NCBI GenBank assembly: GCA_035491735.1
Contig: DATJKE010000104.1
Span: 1-54,452, forward strand
Source of the DNA: Sphingomicrobium sp.
GTDB lineage: Bacteria > Pseudomonadota > Alphaproteobacteria > Sphingomonadales > Sphingomonadaceae
Direction: 5' to 3'
DNA: 54,452 bases
Position 1 is the stretch's first letter; every line of letters starts with the position of its first letter. Below are positions 26,154 to 39,426 of this stretch, piece by piece. The position numbers and the translations under genes were made by a program. Below the pieces are notes generated by a model, which had not been told where the DNA came from, did no database searches, and worked only from the letters and a program-made list of their open reading frames with translations.

Positions 26154-27139
26154 TTCCACCCGAGTCCGCTTCCGATTTTCTTTCCCGCCACGGCTGGAGC
26201 GACGCTGAGATCCTGCCGCTGGCCGGCGATGCAAGCTTCCGCCGCTACTTCCGCATTCTCGCAGGGGAACGGCGAGCGGTGTTGATGGACGCGCCTCCAC
26301 CCCAGGAAGACGTCCGGCCGTTCGTCGCGGTAGCGGGCTGGCTGGAACAGATCGGCCTGGTCGCGCCGAAAGTCCTCGCCGCTGATATCGACCGCGGATT
26401 GCTGCTGCTTGACGATCTGGGCGATGCGCGGATGCGCGAAGCGCTCGATGCCGATCCCGAGGCCGAACGGGAGCTTTATGAAACCGCGGTCGATGTGCTG
26501 GTTCATTTGCATCGCCAGCCGCCGATGGAGGGCCTGCCCAAGCATGGGCTCGCCGAATGGCTGGCCGAGGTTCAGCTATTCCCGGAATGGTATGCACCTG
26601 CCGTCGGCCTCGACCGGTTCGACCAGGCGGGCTGGGATCAGGCTTGGCGCGAAGTGCTCGAGCCTGTCGCCAACGACGGTCTCGCTCCTGTCACCGTGCT
26701 GCGCGATTATCATGCCGAAAATGTCATGCTGGTCGACGGAAGAGGGGGAATTGGACGGTTCGGATTGCTCGATTTCCAGGACGCGCTGGCCGGTCATCCG
26801 GCCTACGACCTGGTGTCAGTGCTGGAAGATGCCCGTCGTGATGTGCCGCTGGAGTTGGAACGCGAAATGATCGATCGCTATCGCGATTGCACTGGCGCAG
26901 ACGATCGGTTCGAGCGCGCCTATTGGGCCCTCGCGGCGCAGCGCAACACCCGCATCCTCGGTGTGTTTTGCCGATTGTGGAAGCGCGACGGGAAGGACCG
27001 TTACAAACAATTCCAGCCGCGGATGTGGGGGCTGCTGGAGCGTGATCTTGCACGGCCCGGCCTGGAACCGCTCAGGATATGGTTTGAGAATAATGTGCCG
27101 GCCTCGGCGCGCTCGGCGGCGTGGACGGAAGCGGCATGA
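26150..27139 (+). CDS. amgK: Aminoglycoside-phosphotransferase family protein, anomeric MurNAc/GlcNAc kinase-like
   Basis: GDASFRRYFR, LMDAPP, LRDYHAENVM, LDFQDA..GH.AYDLVS; ATG 26150 overlaps the tsaE stop; followed by a murU-like gene. Confidence 0.85.
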   Translation: MIPPESASDFLSRHGWSDAEILPLAGDASFRRYFRILAGERRAVLMDAPPPQEDVRPFVAVAGWLEQIGLVAPKVLAADIDRGLLLLDDLGDARMREALDADPEAERELYETAVDVLVHLHRQPPMEGLPKHGLAEWLAEVQLFPEWYAPAVGLDRFDQAGWDQAWREVLEPVANDGLAPVTVLRDYHAENVMLVDGRGGIGRFGLLDFQDALAGHPAYDLVSVLEDARRDVPLELEREMIDRYRDCTGADDRFERAYWALAAQRNTRILGVFCRLWKRDGKDRYKQFQPRMWGLLERDLARPGLEPLRIWFENNVPASARSAAWTEAA

Positions 27140-27897
27140 ACCGCAAGGCGCGCGCGCTGGCCGTTCGGCCCGAGATTGTGGCTGCCGTTCCCGACACGGC
27201 CATGGTCATGGCGGCGGGTCTCGGCAAGCGTATGCGCCCGCTGACCGCAACCCGTCCCAAGCCGCTGGTCGAAGTGGCTGGCAAGGCGCTGATCGACCAT
27301 GCGCTCGATCGGCTGCGCGCCGCCGGCGTGCACAAGATTGTCGTCAACGTCCATTATCTTGCCGACGCGTTGGAAGCCCATTTGAAGGCCAGGGCCAGCG
27401 ATCTCGATGTCAGGATCAGCGACGAGCGCAAGCTGCTGCTGGAAACCGGGGGCGGGCTCATCCAGGCCGACAGGCTGATCGATGCCGACCCGTTCCTGGT
27501 GATCAACAGCGACAATTTTTGGGTCGACGGTCCCGCCGACACGCTTCACCTGCTTGCCTCTCTCTGGCGAGACAAGGACATGGACGCGTTGTTGCTGGTG
27601 GTCCCGCAGGCACGGGCCGGGAATAATCGCGGGCCGGGTGACTTCCACATGAAGGCTGACGGACGGCTGACGCGGCGCCAGAAGGGCAAGGTCGCTCCGT
27701 TCGTTTTTACTGGAATCCAGATCGTGTCGAAGCGGCTGCTGCGCGATGCGCCCGAGGGGGCGTTTTCGACCAACATCCTGTGGGACCGGGCGATTGGGGA
27801 GGGCCGCTGCTTTGGCGCGGTCCACCAGGGGCTGTGGTTCGACGTCGGAAACCCCGCCGCGATAAAGGCCACGGAGCGCGCCCTCCAGCATGGCTGA
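27136..27897 (+). CDS. murU: Nucleotidyltransferase, MurNAc-1-phosphate uridylyltransferase-like
   Basis: AAGLGKRMRPLT..RPKPL, NVHYLAD, LETGGG, WFDVG; ATGA overlap at 27136. Confidence 0.83.
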   Translation: MNRKARALAVRPEIVAAVPDTAMVMAAGLGKRMRPLTATRPKPLVEVAGKALIDHALDRLRAAGVHKIVVNVHYLADALEAHLKARASDLDVRISDERKLLLETGGGLIQADRLIDADPFLVINSDNFWVDGPADTLHLLASLWRDKDMDALLLVVPQARAGNNRGPGDFHMKADGRLTRRQKGKVAPFVFTGIQIVSKRLLRDAPEGAFSTNILWDRAIGEGRCFGAVHQGLWFDVGNPAAIKATERALQHG

Positions 27898-30799
27898 GGG
27901 CTGGTTGTTTGATCGCCGGCGTCCCAACGACCCGCTCGTCTATTCAATTCCCGCGCACCGCAGCTTCGCGGATGCTCTTGCCGTTGGACTGATCGACGCG
28001 CTTGGCCGGGATCCCCAGACGCTCGCCCGCGGCCGAATTCTCCTGCCAAACAATCGCGCCGTGCGAACGCTCACTGAAGCATTTGTCAGGGCCAGCAATG
28101 GTGGACTGGTTCTGCCGCGGCTGATCGCGATTGGCGATCCGGATATTGGCGAACGGATCGGCGGCGCGCTGGACCCGCTCGAACTTGCTGACGACATTCC
28201 GCCGGCGATCGATCCTTTGCAGCGGCAATTATTGCTTGCCCGTCTGCTTCGCGCCGATGGCGAAAGCGCAGCCGAAGCCATGCGGCTAGCCGCGGAACTG
28301 GCGCGCACAATGGATGCGCTGGCCGTCGCGGAGGTGCCCTCGTCGCGCCTGTCGGAAGCAGTAGGCGAAGCCTCCGAAATGGCCGGCCACTGGCATCAGT
28401 CGATCGAGAGATTCCAGGCTGTACTTGACCGTTGGCCAAAGCTGCTGGCCGAACGCGGGCTGATCGACCTGGCCGGTCGACGTAGCAGGCTTTTGCATGC
28501 GCTGGCCGAGCGCTGGGAAAGCCAAACGCCTGACGGCTTTACCGTCGCCGCAGGTATTACAACGTCCGCCCCGGCGATCGCTGCGCTGGTTGGTCGGGTG
28601 GCCCGGCTTGCACAGGGGGCGGCGATCCTTCCGGCGCTGGCTGACGAGCGTTCGATGCCCAGGTCGGAATGGGAAGCGCTGGGACCGGACGAGGACGGGC
28701 GCGGCGAGGAGAGTCATCCGCAATACCATCTGAAACAGCTACTCGACCGGATCGCCGTGGCCCGTCAGGAAGTCCGGCCATGGCGCGGTGGTGGCCGCGT
28801 ATCGTCGCCCGTCGCCCGCAGCCGGGCGGTGGCCAATGCCATGTCGGCCCCGCGGTTCAGCGAGAAATGGACGCTGCTGGCTCCGGCCGGCCGAAGGCTG
28901 ACTGGCATCCGAGTGGCCGAACTGGCCGACCCTGCAAGCGAAGCCCAGGCCATCGCCATTGCTCTTCGCGATGCAATTGAAACGCCAGGCCGGACAGCAG
29001 CCCTGGTGACCCCGGACCGAGATCTCGCCCAGCGCGTTTCCGCACATCTCGAGCGCTGGGCAATTGAGGCCGATGACAGCGCAGGCCAACCGCTGTCGCA
29101 CACCCCAGCCGGAACGCTACTCTTGGCCGCCGCCGCGGCCTCGGTCGAGCGGCTCGCGCCGGTACCTTTGCTTGCCCTGCTGAAGCATCCGCTGGTCGGA
29201 GGGGAGGGCGAGCAACGGTTGTCATGGCTGGAAAAGGTTCGCGCGCTCGATCTCGCCTTGCGGGGACCGCGGCCCCGGCCGAGTCTCGAAGGTCTCGATG
29301 ACCGTTTCAAATTGCCGCGCGTGGGGCGCGCGTGGAAGGATGTTCGAGCGTTCGTTGCGCCCCTGGAGCCGGGCGTCGGTACCACACTTGCCCAGGTCGC
29401 CGCGCGTTTGCGTGAAATTGTCCAACCGCTGGCCGGTGACGCGGCGTGGCGCGGTCCGGACGGCCGGATGGCCTCCGAACTGCTCTCCCAAATAGAACAA
29501 TCGGCCGAGGCGGCGCTGATCGCCGTTGCTTCCGACGATGTCATGGCACTGCTGCGCGGCCTGATGGACGCGCTTCCAGTCCGCAGGCCCTACGGAGGCC
29601 ATCCGCGCGTTTATATCTGGGGTTTGCTCGAAGCGCGGCTGCAAAAGGCCGACCTGATGATCCTTGGCGGGATGAACGAGGGAGTTTGGCCGTCGCTTCC
29701 AAGCCCCGATCCATGGCTCCCACCGCAGGTCCGAAGGGCGCTTGCGCTGCCGGGACTCGAGTTTCGGACCGGGCTGGCCGCCCATGACTTCATGAGCGCA
29801 TTGGGTGCATCGCGCGTGCTGCTGACCCGGGCGCGGCGCGACAGCCGCTCGCCGACGGTGGCCTCGCGCCTCTGGCTGCGGCTGCAGGCGATGACCGGCG
29901 GGATGACCCGCGACCAACGTCTGGAGCGGCTGGCCGCGGCACTCGATGCAAGCTCGACTGTCGAACCTGCTGCGCGCCCGGCGCCCCGGCCGCCCGCTGA
30001 CGTACGCCCGAAACGCATCGCGGTGACCGATCTCGACCGCCTGAAAGCCGATCCCTTTGCCTTCTACGCAAAAGCCATCCTGCGGTTGGTAAAGCTTGAT
30101 CCAATCGATGCCGAACATCACGCTGCGTGGAAAGGAACCGCCGTCCACGAAGTGCTGGAGGCCTGGTTCGAGCAGGACGGCTGCGATCCGGCCAGGCTTA
30201 GGACGCGCGCCGAGGCAATGATCGCCGATGAAGCGATTCACCCGATGCTGCGCGCCCTTTGGTCGCCCCGGCTGATGGAAGCGATCGACTGGATCGCTGC
30301 GGAATCCACCCGGGACAGGGAGTCAGGCAGGACACCGATCCTGGCAGAACAGAAAGGCGAGGCCGAGGTCGGCGGCGTGACGCTTCATGGCCGCGTCGAC
30401 CGCATCGACCGGCTGGCTGACGGGAAGCTGGCGATTGTCGATTACAAGACCGGCCAGGCGCCGGCGAAGAAGGCGGTCGCGGAGGGCTTCGCGCTGCAGC
30501 TCGGCCTGTTGTCCCTGATCGCCCGCGATGGAGGCTTCGGGGACATCAAGGGCGAATCCGGCGCACACGAATATTGGTCGCTGGCGAAGAAGAATGGCCG
30601 GATCGGCTATCGCCAGTCACCCGACAAGGATGAAGGACCGGAGGCTTTCGTTGCCCGCGCCCATGTCCAATTTGCCGAGGCTGCCGCGAAATGGCTGCTT
30701 GGCGACGAGCCATTCCAGGCCAAGCTCAACCCGGCCTATGCACCTTACGAAGATTATGACCAGCTGATGCGGCTGGAGGAATGGTATGGCCGTGACTAG
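27890..30799 (+). CDS. addB: Double-strand break repair protein AddB
   Basis: LLPNNRA, ALVTPDR.LA, DDSAG.PL, LEARLQ, C-terminal nuclease GRVDRID...IVDYKTG. Confidence 0.95.
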   Translation: MAEGWLFDRRRPNDPLVYSIPAHRSFADALAVGLIDALGRDPQTLARGRILLPNNRAVRTLTEAFVRASNGGLVLPRLIAIGDPDIGERIGGALDPLELADDIPPAIDPLQRQLLLARLLRADGESAAEAMRLAAELARTMDALAVAEVPSSRLSEAVGEASEMAGHWHQSIERFQAVLDRWPKLLAERGLIDLAGRRSRLLHALAERWESQTPDGFTVAAGITTSAPAIAALVGRVARLAQGAAILPALADERSMPRSEWEALGPDEDGRGEESHPQYHLKQLLDRIAVARQEVRPWRGGGRVSSPVARSRAVANAMSAPRFSEKWTLLAPAGRRLTGIRVAELADPASEAQAIAIALRDAIETPGRTAALVTPDRDLAQRVSAHLERWAIEADDSAGQPLSHTPAGTLLLAAAAASVERLAPVPLLALLKHPLVGGEGEQRLSWLEKVRALDLALRGPRPRPSLEGLDDRFKLPRVGRAWKDVRAFVAPLEPGVGTTLAQVAARLREIVQPLAGDAAWRGPDGRMASELLSQIEQSAEAALIAVASDDVMALLRGLMDALPVRRPYGGHPRVYIWGLLEARLQKADLMILGGMNEGVWPSLPSPDPWLPPQVRRALALPGLEFRTGLAAHDFMSALGASRVLLTRARRDSRSPTVASRLWLRLQAMTGGMTRDQRLERLAAALDASSTVEPAARPAPRPPADVRPKRIAVTDLDRLKADPFAFYAKAILRLVKLDPIDAEHHAAWKGTAVHEVLEAWFEQDGCDPARLRTRAEAMIADEAIHPMLRALWSPRLMEAIDWIAAESTRDRESGRTPILAEQKGEAEVGGVTLHGRVDRIDRLADGKLAIVDYKTGQAPAKKAVAEGFALQLGLLSLIARDGGFGDIKGESGAHEYWSLAKKNGRIGYRQSPDKDEGPEAFVARAHVQFAEAAAKWLLGDEPFQAKLNPAYAPYEDYDQLMRLEEWYGRD

Positions 30800-30800
30800 C

Positions 30801-30965
30801 CTAGTCCGCGCCTTCACTGTCTTGGCTGCCGCCGCGCTTGGGCTTCTTGACCTTCGAGGCGTAGAGCAGCGCCGCGACGATCGCCGCCGAGCCGATACCG
30901 ACCGCGACTCCCGCCTTCACCAGCTTGGCCCGCCGTTCCTCGTCGCGTCTATCGTCGTCGCTCAT
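30801..30965 (-). CDS. 54-aa single-TM small protein (not in ORF track)
   Basis: Manual translation MSDDDRRDEERRAKLVKAGVAVGIGSAAIVAALLYASKVKKPKRGGSQDSEGAD*; GAGAGGA RBS; GC-rich third codon positions; fits the addB-addA gap without overlap. Confidence 0.8.
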   Translation of the reverse strand: MSDDDRRDEERRAKLVKAGVAVGIGSAAIVAALLYASKVKKPKRGGSQDSEGAD

Positions 30966-31030
30966 TCGATCCTCTCACCGGCTCTTCGGCCTCGTCCCTA
31001 TGCAATTCGCGCGGCCAAGGGAAGCGCCGC

Positions 31031-34000
31031 ATGAGCCGCCGGCTTAAACCTTTCCACCGGCTCGAAGGTGCTCAGGCGGGCGCGTCCGATCCCTTGTTTC
31101 ATGCCGCGCTTTCGGCGTCGGCCGGTACTGGCAAGACCCATGTGTTGACGTCGCGCGTGCTGCGCCTGCTGCTGCGTGGAACTCCACCTTCGTCAATCCT
31201 CTGTCTGACTTTCACCAAGGCCGGGGCGGCAGAAATGGCCAACCGCATCAGTGAGCGGCTGGCGCATTGGGTTCGATTGCCCGTGGAAGCGCTCCGCAAG
31301 GAGCTCTTCGCCCTCAACGAAGACAATAGTCCGCCGGCTCTCGAGCGCGCCCGACGGCTGTTTGCCGAGGTGCTCGAGGCGCCCGGCGGAGGTCTCAGGG
31401 TCCAGACCATTCACAGCTTTGCCCAGACGCTTCTGGCCTCCTTTCCGGCGGAAGCGGGCATCGCGGCTGGTTTCCGCCCGATCGAGGGGCGGGCGGAAGC
31501 GGAGTTGGTGCGGCGAACGCTGGCGGAGTTGCTCGAAAAGGCCGAAACGATCGGCGACCGGCAGCTGCTTGATGATGTCTCCGCGCTCAGCCTTCGCCTG
31601 GGCGAGGGGGGTGCCGAAAGCTATTTGATGGCCTGCGCTCGGGCGCATGAGGCGATGGAAGCGCTTGGTGATCCCGCAACCATCGAACCCCGCTTGCTCG
31701 CCATGATCGGAATCGAGAGCGACGATCCCGACGCTGACCTCATGCGGCGGCTCGACGACGATGAAATTGACCTCGATCTCATCAAACGACTGGTCGCTGC
31801 CAATCGGGGTTGGGGCACTGCGACCGGGGACAAGATCGTCGCTAACCTCACGGCCTTCCTCGCAGCCCCGCCGGTGTGGCGTAACGATCGTCTGGGCGAT
31901 ATCGGGGCCGGCCTTGTCACCGCCAAAGGCGAACCTTGTGCGATCAAACCGAAGCAGCGCGAAGCCGAGCCCGACTATGATCAGTTGGTCATCGAATTCG
32001 CGAATTGGTGCGTGTCGCTGCGCACCTTGGTTTGCGCGGCAGAGTTGGCGAAAACACAGGCTGCCGGCCTCCGCGCTGGCCAGGCATTTGCTCGCGCATA
32101 TGTCCGCGCCAAGCGTGCCGCGGGAGTGGCCGACTTCGACGATCTGATCGCCTGGACTCGGCGCCTGTTTGCCCAGCCGGGAATGGGCGAATGGGTTCGC
32201 TACAAACTGGACCAGCGCACCGATCATATCCTGGTCGACGAAGCGCAGGATACCAACCGCGACCAGTGGGAAATCATTGGCGCGCTCGCCGAGGAATTTT
32301 TCTCGGGCAATCCGGAAACCGAAGACCGTTGGCGCACCCTGTTCATGGTCGGTGACTACAAGCAGGCAATCTTCAGCTTCCAGGGCACCGACCCCAGGGA
32401 ATTCGAACGATTCAAGGTGACGGTGGCAGCGCGCGCTGGCCAACTGGTAGCGGCCGCCGACGATGCCGAGGTGAGTGCCCGCGAGTTTCGCGACCTGTCG
32501 ATCGACGCCAGTTTCCGCTCCTCGCCGCCGGTACTTCAGCTGGTCGATGCGCTGATTGGCGAGGTTGGCTATCAGGCAATGGGGCTTAGCGCGCCACCCA
32601 ATCCGCACCAGGCCTTTCACAGTAACCGCCCAGGCTGCGTCGAGCTGTGGCCGGCCTATGACCCCATCGTCGATTCCGACGAACTGGAGGAAGGCGAGGA
32701 AGGCTGGATCGACGAGCCCACCCGGCTTTACGCCGACGCCATTGCCGGGCGCGTCAAAGCCTGGCTGGAGGAAGCGCCGATCCTGGCGACCACCGGCCGG
32801 CCGTTGGCGCCCGGCGACATCATGATCCTGGTCCGCAGCCGGACGGAGCTGGCTTCGCTGATCGTTGCCCGACTTTACGCCCAGCGGGTTCCGGTTGCCG
32901 GTATCGACCGGCTTCATCTCCACAAACCGTTGGCGGTCAAGGACCTGCTCGCCGCGATTGGCTTCGCGGTGCAGCCGCTCGACGATCTCAATCTGGCCAA
33001 TGTGCTGGTCTCGCCGCTTATCGGCTGGACCCAGGAGCAGCTTTACGGTCTAGCACAGGGCCGCGAGGGCAGGCTGTGGGCCGAGCTCGCGAGCCGCCGC
33101 GAAGAACAGCCGCACTGGGCCGACGCGCACGCCATTCTCGCCGACTGGCTGGCGATGGCGGACTATGTGACGCCCGCTCGTTTCCTCGAGACGATCCTGT
33201 CAGGCCCGCTCGATGGACGGCGCAAGTTGCTGAGGCGTCTGGGCGAGGCGGCACGCGACCCGATCGAGGAACTGGTTTCAAGCGCGCTCTTGTTCGAACA
33301 GCAGGAAGTCGCCTCGCTCGACCGCTTCCTTGCCTGGTTCGGCCAGGGCGAAGTGGAAGTGAAGCGCGATCCGTCGGCTCCGTCCAATGCCGTCAGGGTG
33401 ATGACGGTCCATGGCGCCAAAGGACTGGAAGCGCCGCTGGTGATCCTCGCCGATGCCACGCACGATCCGGACAAGGTGGGAGGGACCTCGCCAATCGTGG
33501 AAGTGCCCGTGGCGGGCGCCGGTGACGTCCCGATGATCCGACCGCGCAAGGACGAATGCGCCCCGGTCTTCCGGGCTATACTCGACGCAGCGAAGGATGC
33601 CGACCGGGAAGAGCATTGGCGGCTCGCCTATGTCGCGCTGACCCGCGCCGCCGAACGGCTGGTGATCGCCGGGGTCAAGCCCAGGCGCGACGTGCCGCAG
33701 GCCAGCTGGCACGCGACTGCCGCCCGCGCCATGCAGGCGCTTGGGGCATCCTCGGTCGAGCTACAAGGTTGGGGCAGTAGTTTGGTGTGGGAGGGTGAGG
33801 GCAAGGCCTTGCTGCCCCGCAAGGCCGGCAAGCCCGAGATCGAGCCGATCCTCATTCCGCACTGGCTCCGGCAGCCTGCGCCAGTGGAAGCGCGTCCGCC
33901 GCGGCCGCTCTCTCCTTCGCAGATCGCAGAAGACCGCGATTCCGTTCCGCCGCCCGGCCCCGAGCTTCGTGCTGCCGCCCTGCGGGGCACACTGCTCCAC

Positions 34001-34438
34001 TCCCTCTTCGAGCGGCTGCCCGGCGTTCCAGCCGGCGATCGCCATTCGTTGGCGATGCGCTGGTTAGAGCGGATGGGCGTCGAGCTCGATGCGCGCGAAG
34101 AGATCGCCGAGGCCGCCTGCCGGGTCATTGGCGATCCGCAATTCGCCGGCCTGTTCGGCCCGGACTCGCTGGCCGAAGCTCCGATTGCCGCCACGCTGCA
34201 GGACGGACGGGTTGTCGCCGGGACCGTCGACCGGCTTTGCATCGGTCAGGAACTGGTTCGCGTGATCGACTTCAAGACGGGGCGGAACATCCCGGCCGAC
34301 CTGGCATCGATCCCGCCCGGTCATCGCGCCCAGATGGATGCCTATGCCGAAGCCCTCAAGATTATTTTCCCTGGGCGGCGAGTTGAGGCTTCATTGCTCT
34401 ACACAGCCGGGCCCGAGCTGATTACGCTGCCGGGTTGA
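31031..34438 (+). CDS. addA: Double-strand break repair helicase/nuclease AddA
   Basis: [57 protein letters not shown]-terminal IDFKTG. Confidence 0.96.
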   Translation: MSRRLKPFHRLEGAQAGASDPLFHAALSASAGTGKTHVLTSRVLRLLLRGTPPSSILCLTFTKAGAAEMANRISERLAHWVRLPVEALRKELFALNEDNSPPALERARRLFAEVLEAPGGGLRVQTIHSFAQTLLASFPAEAGIAAGFRPIEGRAEAELVRRTLAELLEKAETIGDRQLLDDVSALSLRLGEGGAESYLMACARAHEAMEALGDPATIEPRLLAMIGIESDDPDADLMRRLDDDEIDLDLIKRLVAANRGWGTATGDKIVANLTAFLAAPPVWRNDRLGDIGAGLVTAKGEPCAIKPKQREAEPDYDQLVIEFANWCVSLRTLVCAAELAKTQAAGLRAGQAFARAYVRAKRAAGVADFDDLIAWTRRLFAQPGMGEWVRYKLDQRTDHILVDEAQDTNRDQWEIIGALAEEFFSGNPETEDRWRTLFMVGDYKQAIFSFQGTDPREFERFKVTVAARAGQLVAAADDAEVSAREFRDLSIDASFRSSPPVLQLVDALIGEVGYQAMGLSAPPNPHQAFHSNRPGCVELWPAYDPIVDSDELEEGEEGWIDEPTRLYADAIAGRVKAWLEEAPILATTGRPLAPGDIMILVRSRTELASLIVARLYAQRVPVAGIDRLHLHKPLAVKDLLAAIGFAVQPLDDLNLANVLVSPLIGWTQEQLYGLAQGREGRLWAELASRREEQPHWADAHAILADWLAMADYVTPARFLETILSGPLDGRRKLLRRLGEAARDPIEELVSSALLFEQQEVASLDRFLAWFGQGEVEVKRDPSAPSNAVRVMTVHGAKGLEAPLVILADATHDPDKVGGTSPIVEVPVAGAGDVPMIRPRKDECAPVFRAILDAAKDADREEHWRLAYVALTRAAERLVIAGVKPRRDVPQASWHATAARAMQALGASSVELQGWGSSLVWEGEGKALLPRKAGKPEIEPILIPHWLRQPAPVEARPPRPLSPSQIAEDRDSVPPPGPELRAAALRGTLLHSLFERLPGVPAGDRHSLAMRWLERMGVELDAREEIAEAACRVIGDPQFAGLFGPDSLAEAPIAATLQDGRVVAGTVDRLCIGQELVRVIDFKTGRNIPADLASIPPGHRAQMDAYAEALKIIFPGRRVEASLLYTAGPELITLPG

Positions 34439-34462
34439 GGTTCACCGAGTCCTTTCCCATAT
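34434..34462 (+). promoter_or_regulatory. RpoH-type promoter of trxA
   Basis: GTTG-N18-CCCATAT about 30 bp upstream of the trxA start. Confidence 0.5.
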
Positions 34463-34493
34463 CGGTTGCAAATCGCAATCCAAGGAGTCCCAA

Positions 34494-34853
34494 ATGGGCC
34501 AGAATACCAAGACCGTCACCGACCAGAGCTTCCAGGCGGATGTGCTCAGTGCCGACAAGCCCGTTCTTGTCGATTTCTGGGCGGAATGGTGTGGACCCTG
34601 CCGGATGATCGCGCCCGCGCTTGAGGAAATTGCGGCCGAGCTGGGTGATCAGGTCACCGTAGCCAAGATCAATATCGACGAAAATCCGGACACGCCCGGC
34701 CGTTATGGCGTTCGCGGCATTCCGACCATGCTGCTGTTCAAGAATGGCGAAGCCGTCGCCCAAAAGGTCGGTGCCGCCCCGCGGAGCCAGATCCAGCAGT
34801 GGCTGGAGAGCAATCTCGGCGCTGCGGCCCAGTCCCAGGCAGGCCAGGCTTAA
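34494..34853 (+). CDS. trxA: Thioredoxin
   Basis: [10 protein letters not shown] active site, YGVRGIPT; AAGGAG RBS. Confidence 0.97.
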   Translation: MGQNTKTVTDQSFQADVLSADKPVLVDFWAEWCGPCRMIAPALEEIAAELGDQVTVAKINIDENPDTPGRYGVRGIPTMLLFKNGEAVAQKVGAAPRSQIQQWLESNLGAAAQSQAGQA

Positions 34854-34859
34854 CCGGGC

Positions 34860-35300
34860 TTACTCCGGAGGCTCGGTTCCCTCGAGCCCGACCGTATTCG
34901 GCCTGAAGCGATCGAATTTCGGCAGGCCGTCGTCGATCTGATTGTAGGGCACACGGCTTGCCCAGAAGATGTGGAAGCCGGGGCGCAAGCGTCCCGGCTC
35001 CTCCAAAGTCCCAGCACTGAAATCGATCGTGTCGGGTTGATGGTCGACATGGGTATAGAGCGGCGTCCCGCATTCGCCGCAAAACGCCCGGTGACCGAAA
35101 TTGCTGGAGGCGATGCGGCGGACCGCGCTTTCCCCGGCTTCGACCAGATAATCATCAAGAGGGACGGTCGCGAACACCATCGCCGGCGAGCCGCTGTTGA
35201 GCTGGCAGGTCCGGCAATGGCACCAGCCCGCGTCATAGGGTTCGCTCGCCAGCCGGAAGCGCACCGTCCCGCACAGGCATCCGCCAGTCCAATCGCTCAT
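34860..35300 (-). CDS. GFA family protein (second copy)
   Basis: GGCLCG, CHCRTC, FCGECG; ATG at 35300 (track start 35486 overlaps secA). Confidence 0.88.
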   Translation of the reverse strand: MSDWTGGCLCGTVRFRLASEPYDAGWCHCRTCQLNSGSPAMVFATVPLDDYLVEAGESAVRRIASSNFGHRAFCGECGTPLYTHVDHQPDTIDFSAGTLEEPGRLRPGFHIFWASRVPYNQIDDGLPKFDRFRPNTVGLEGTEPPE

Positions 35301-35335
35301 GCGATACGCGCTAAGGCGCGACATTCTCCGGGTCA

Positions 35336-35364
35336 ATTGACTAGGGCGGGGCTGCTCCCTACAT
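35336..35364 (+). promoter_or_regulatory. RpoH-type promoter of secA
   Basis: ATTG-N18-CCTACAT upstream of secA. Confidence 0.45.
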
Positions 35365-35445
35365 CGCCCGCCACCATCGCCCGCGCGCGGGCGATCCCTT
35401 TTTCCTGCCCTTCTGACTCGGGCCATTTGAGGAATTGTTCGTCCC

Positions 35446-38199
<2,754 letters not shown>

Positions 38200-38201
38200 C
38201 T

Positions 38202-39323
38202 TCAGCCGGCGCGCTTGATCGTACGCTGGCGGATCCAGCGCTGCGCCGGGAGCTCGAACCAGCGGTAGCTGAGCGCTGCGATGGCGAGGGTGCCGCCAAG
38301 GTAAGCAATCAGGAACCAGGGGCTGGTGAGCGGCGGAACGGCTCCGCTCGCCGCGACCAGGATCGCCAGTGCCATCTGCAGCGGAAAATGCAGCAAATAG
38401 CTCGAATAGGTGAGGTTGCCGGCGAATTGCACCTGCCTCTGCCAACGGGCCAGAAACGACCAATCCCCGGTTAGGATGACCAGCAGGCAGGGCACCGCCA
38501 GCAGGAAGATGGTCGGAAGCTTGTCGCGGTCGCCGAGAGTTCCGGTGGCAATACAGATGCCGATCAATGCAGTTAGCACGACGGCGGCCGGCACGACCGG
38601 CTTGGGTCTGATCAACGTGACCAGCCCGCCGGCGAAGAAATAAGTGGCGCAGCCGATCGACACCCAGTCAATGCCAATGAGCTGCATGCCAAGGCCAGCC
38701 GCGATCATCGCTGCGCAGAGCTGCAGCGTCGGTCCGAACCGCCGCACAGCCAAGAAGAAGCCGGCATAGACCGCCACCTCGGCCGAAATCGACCAGATCG
38801 GCCCATTGAAACTGAATGGCGGTTGCGGACCCCAGTCCGTCGCCAGAAACAGCTGGCGGACGAACAGGCCTGCATCGTCGGTCGGATAGATGAAATTCTC
38901 GCCTGTGTATTGGCGGTGCACCCACTGCAATCCGATCACAGCCGCCAGTGTCGCAAGGTGCAACGGGTAGAGGCGGGAAAACCTCAGCCAGAAGAAGTCG
39001 CGTGCGGCAACTGCTTTGGCATGGATCGCCGCGCCATATTTCCAGAAGAAAATATAGCCGCTGATCCCCCAGAAGATCTGAACGCCATATTGGCCATATT
39101 CGTAGAGCGGCCACAGCAGGCCGTAGAATGGTACTGTCGCTCGCCCGACCGCGGGCATTCCAACAAGATGCGCGAAATGGCGGTAGTGGAAGAACAGCAC
39201 CGCCAGCGCCGAGGTGAAACGCAGGAGTTCCAGCCCCAGCAGCTTGTCGGCGTCGGCGCGCGCGGGCGCGACGCGTCCGATCGGTGCGCTGGCTTCCAGG
39301 TCGAATAGGCGGGCATATCCCAT
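38202..39323 (-). CDS. Acyltransferase family 3 (OafA/YrhL-like) membrane O-acyltransferase
   Basis: GLE.LRF..AL.V.F.H, F..ISGY, R.SRLYPLH, WSIS.E, YSSYLLHFP, YRWFE.P; multiple TM helices. Confidence 0.9.
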   Translation of the reverse strand: MGYARLFDLEASAPIGRVAPARADADKLLGLELLRFTSALAVLFFHYRHFAHLVGMPAVGRATVPFYGLLWPLYEYGQYGVQIFWGISGYIFFWKYGAAIHAKAVAARDFFWLRFSRLYPLHLATLAAVIGLQWVHRQYTGENFIYPTDDAGLFVRQLFLATDWGPQPPFSFNGPIWSISAEVAVYAGFFLAVRRFGPTLQLCAAMIAAGLGMQLIGIDWVSIGCATYFFAGGLVTLIRPKPVVPAAVVLTALIGICIATGTLGDRDKLPTIFLLAVPCLLVILTGDWSFLARWQRQVQFAGNLTYSSYLLHFPLQMALAILVAASGAVPPLTSPWFLIAYLGGTLAIAALSYRWFELPAQRWIRQRTIKRAG

Positions 39324-39426
39324 GGCCTGCGCGGCTTACCAGAAAATGGTTACGAAAATGGCCGCTGGAAAGCCGTCGGCTAACCGCCTATCTCGCCGCC
39401 CGAACTTGCCTTCCGGAAAGCCTTTC

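Noticed and set aside
30786-31034. 82-aa plus-strand ORF between addB and addA
   Set aside because: It is the shadow of the minus-strand 54-aa gene, which has the better RBS, codon usage and a coherent TM helix
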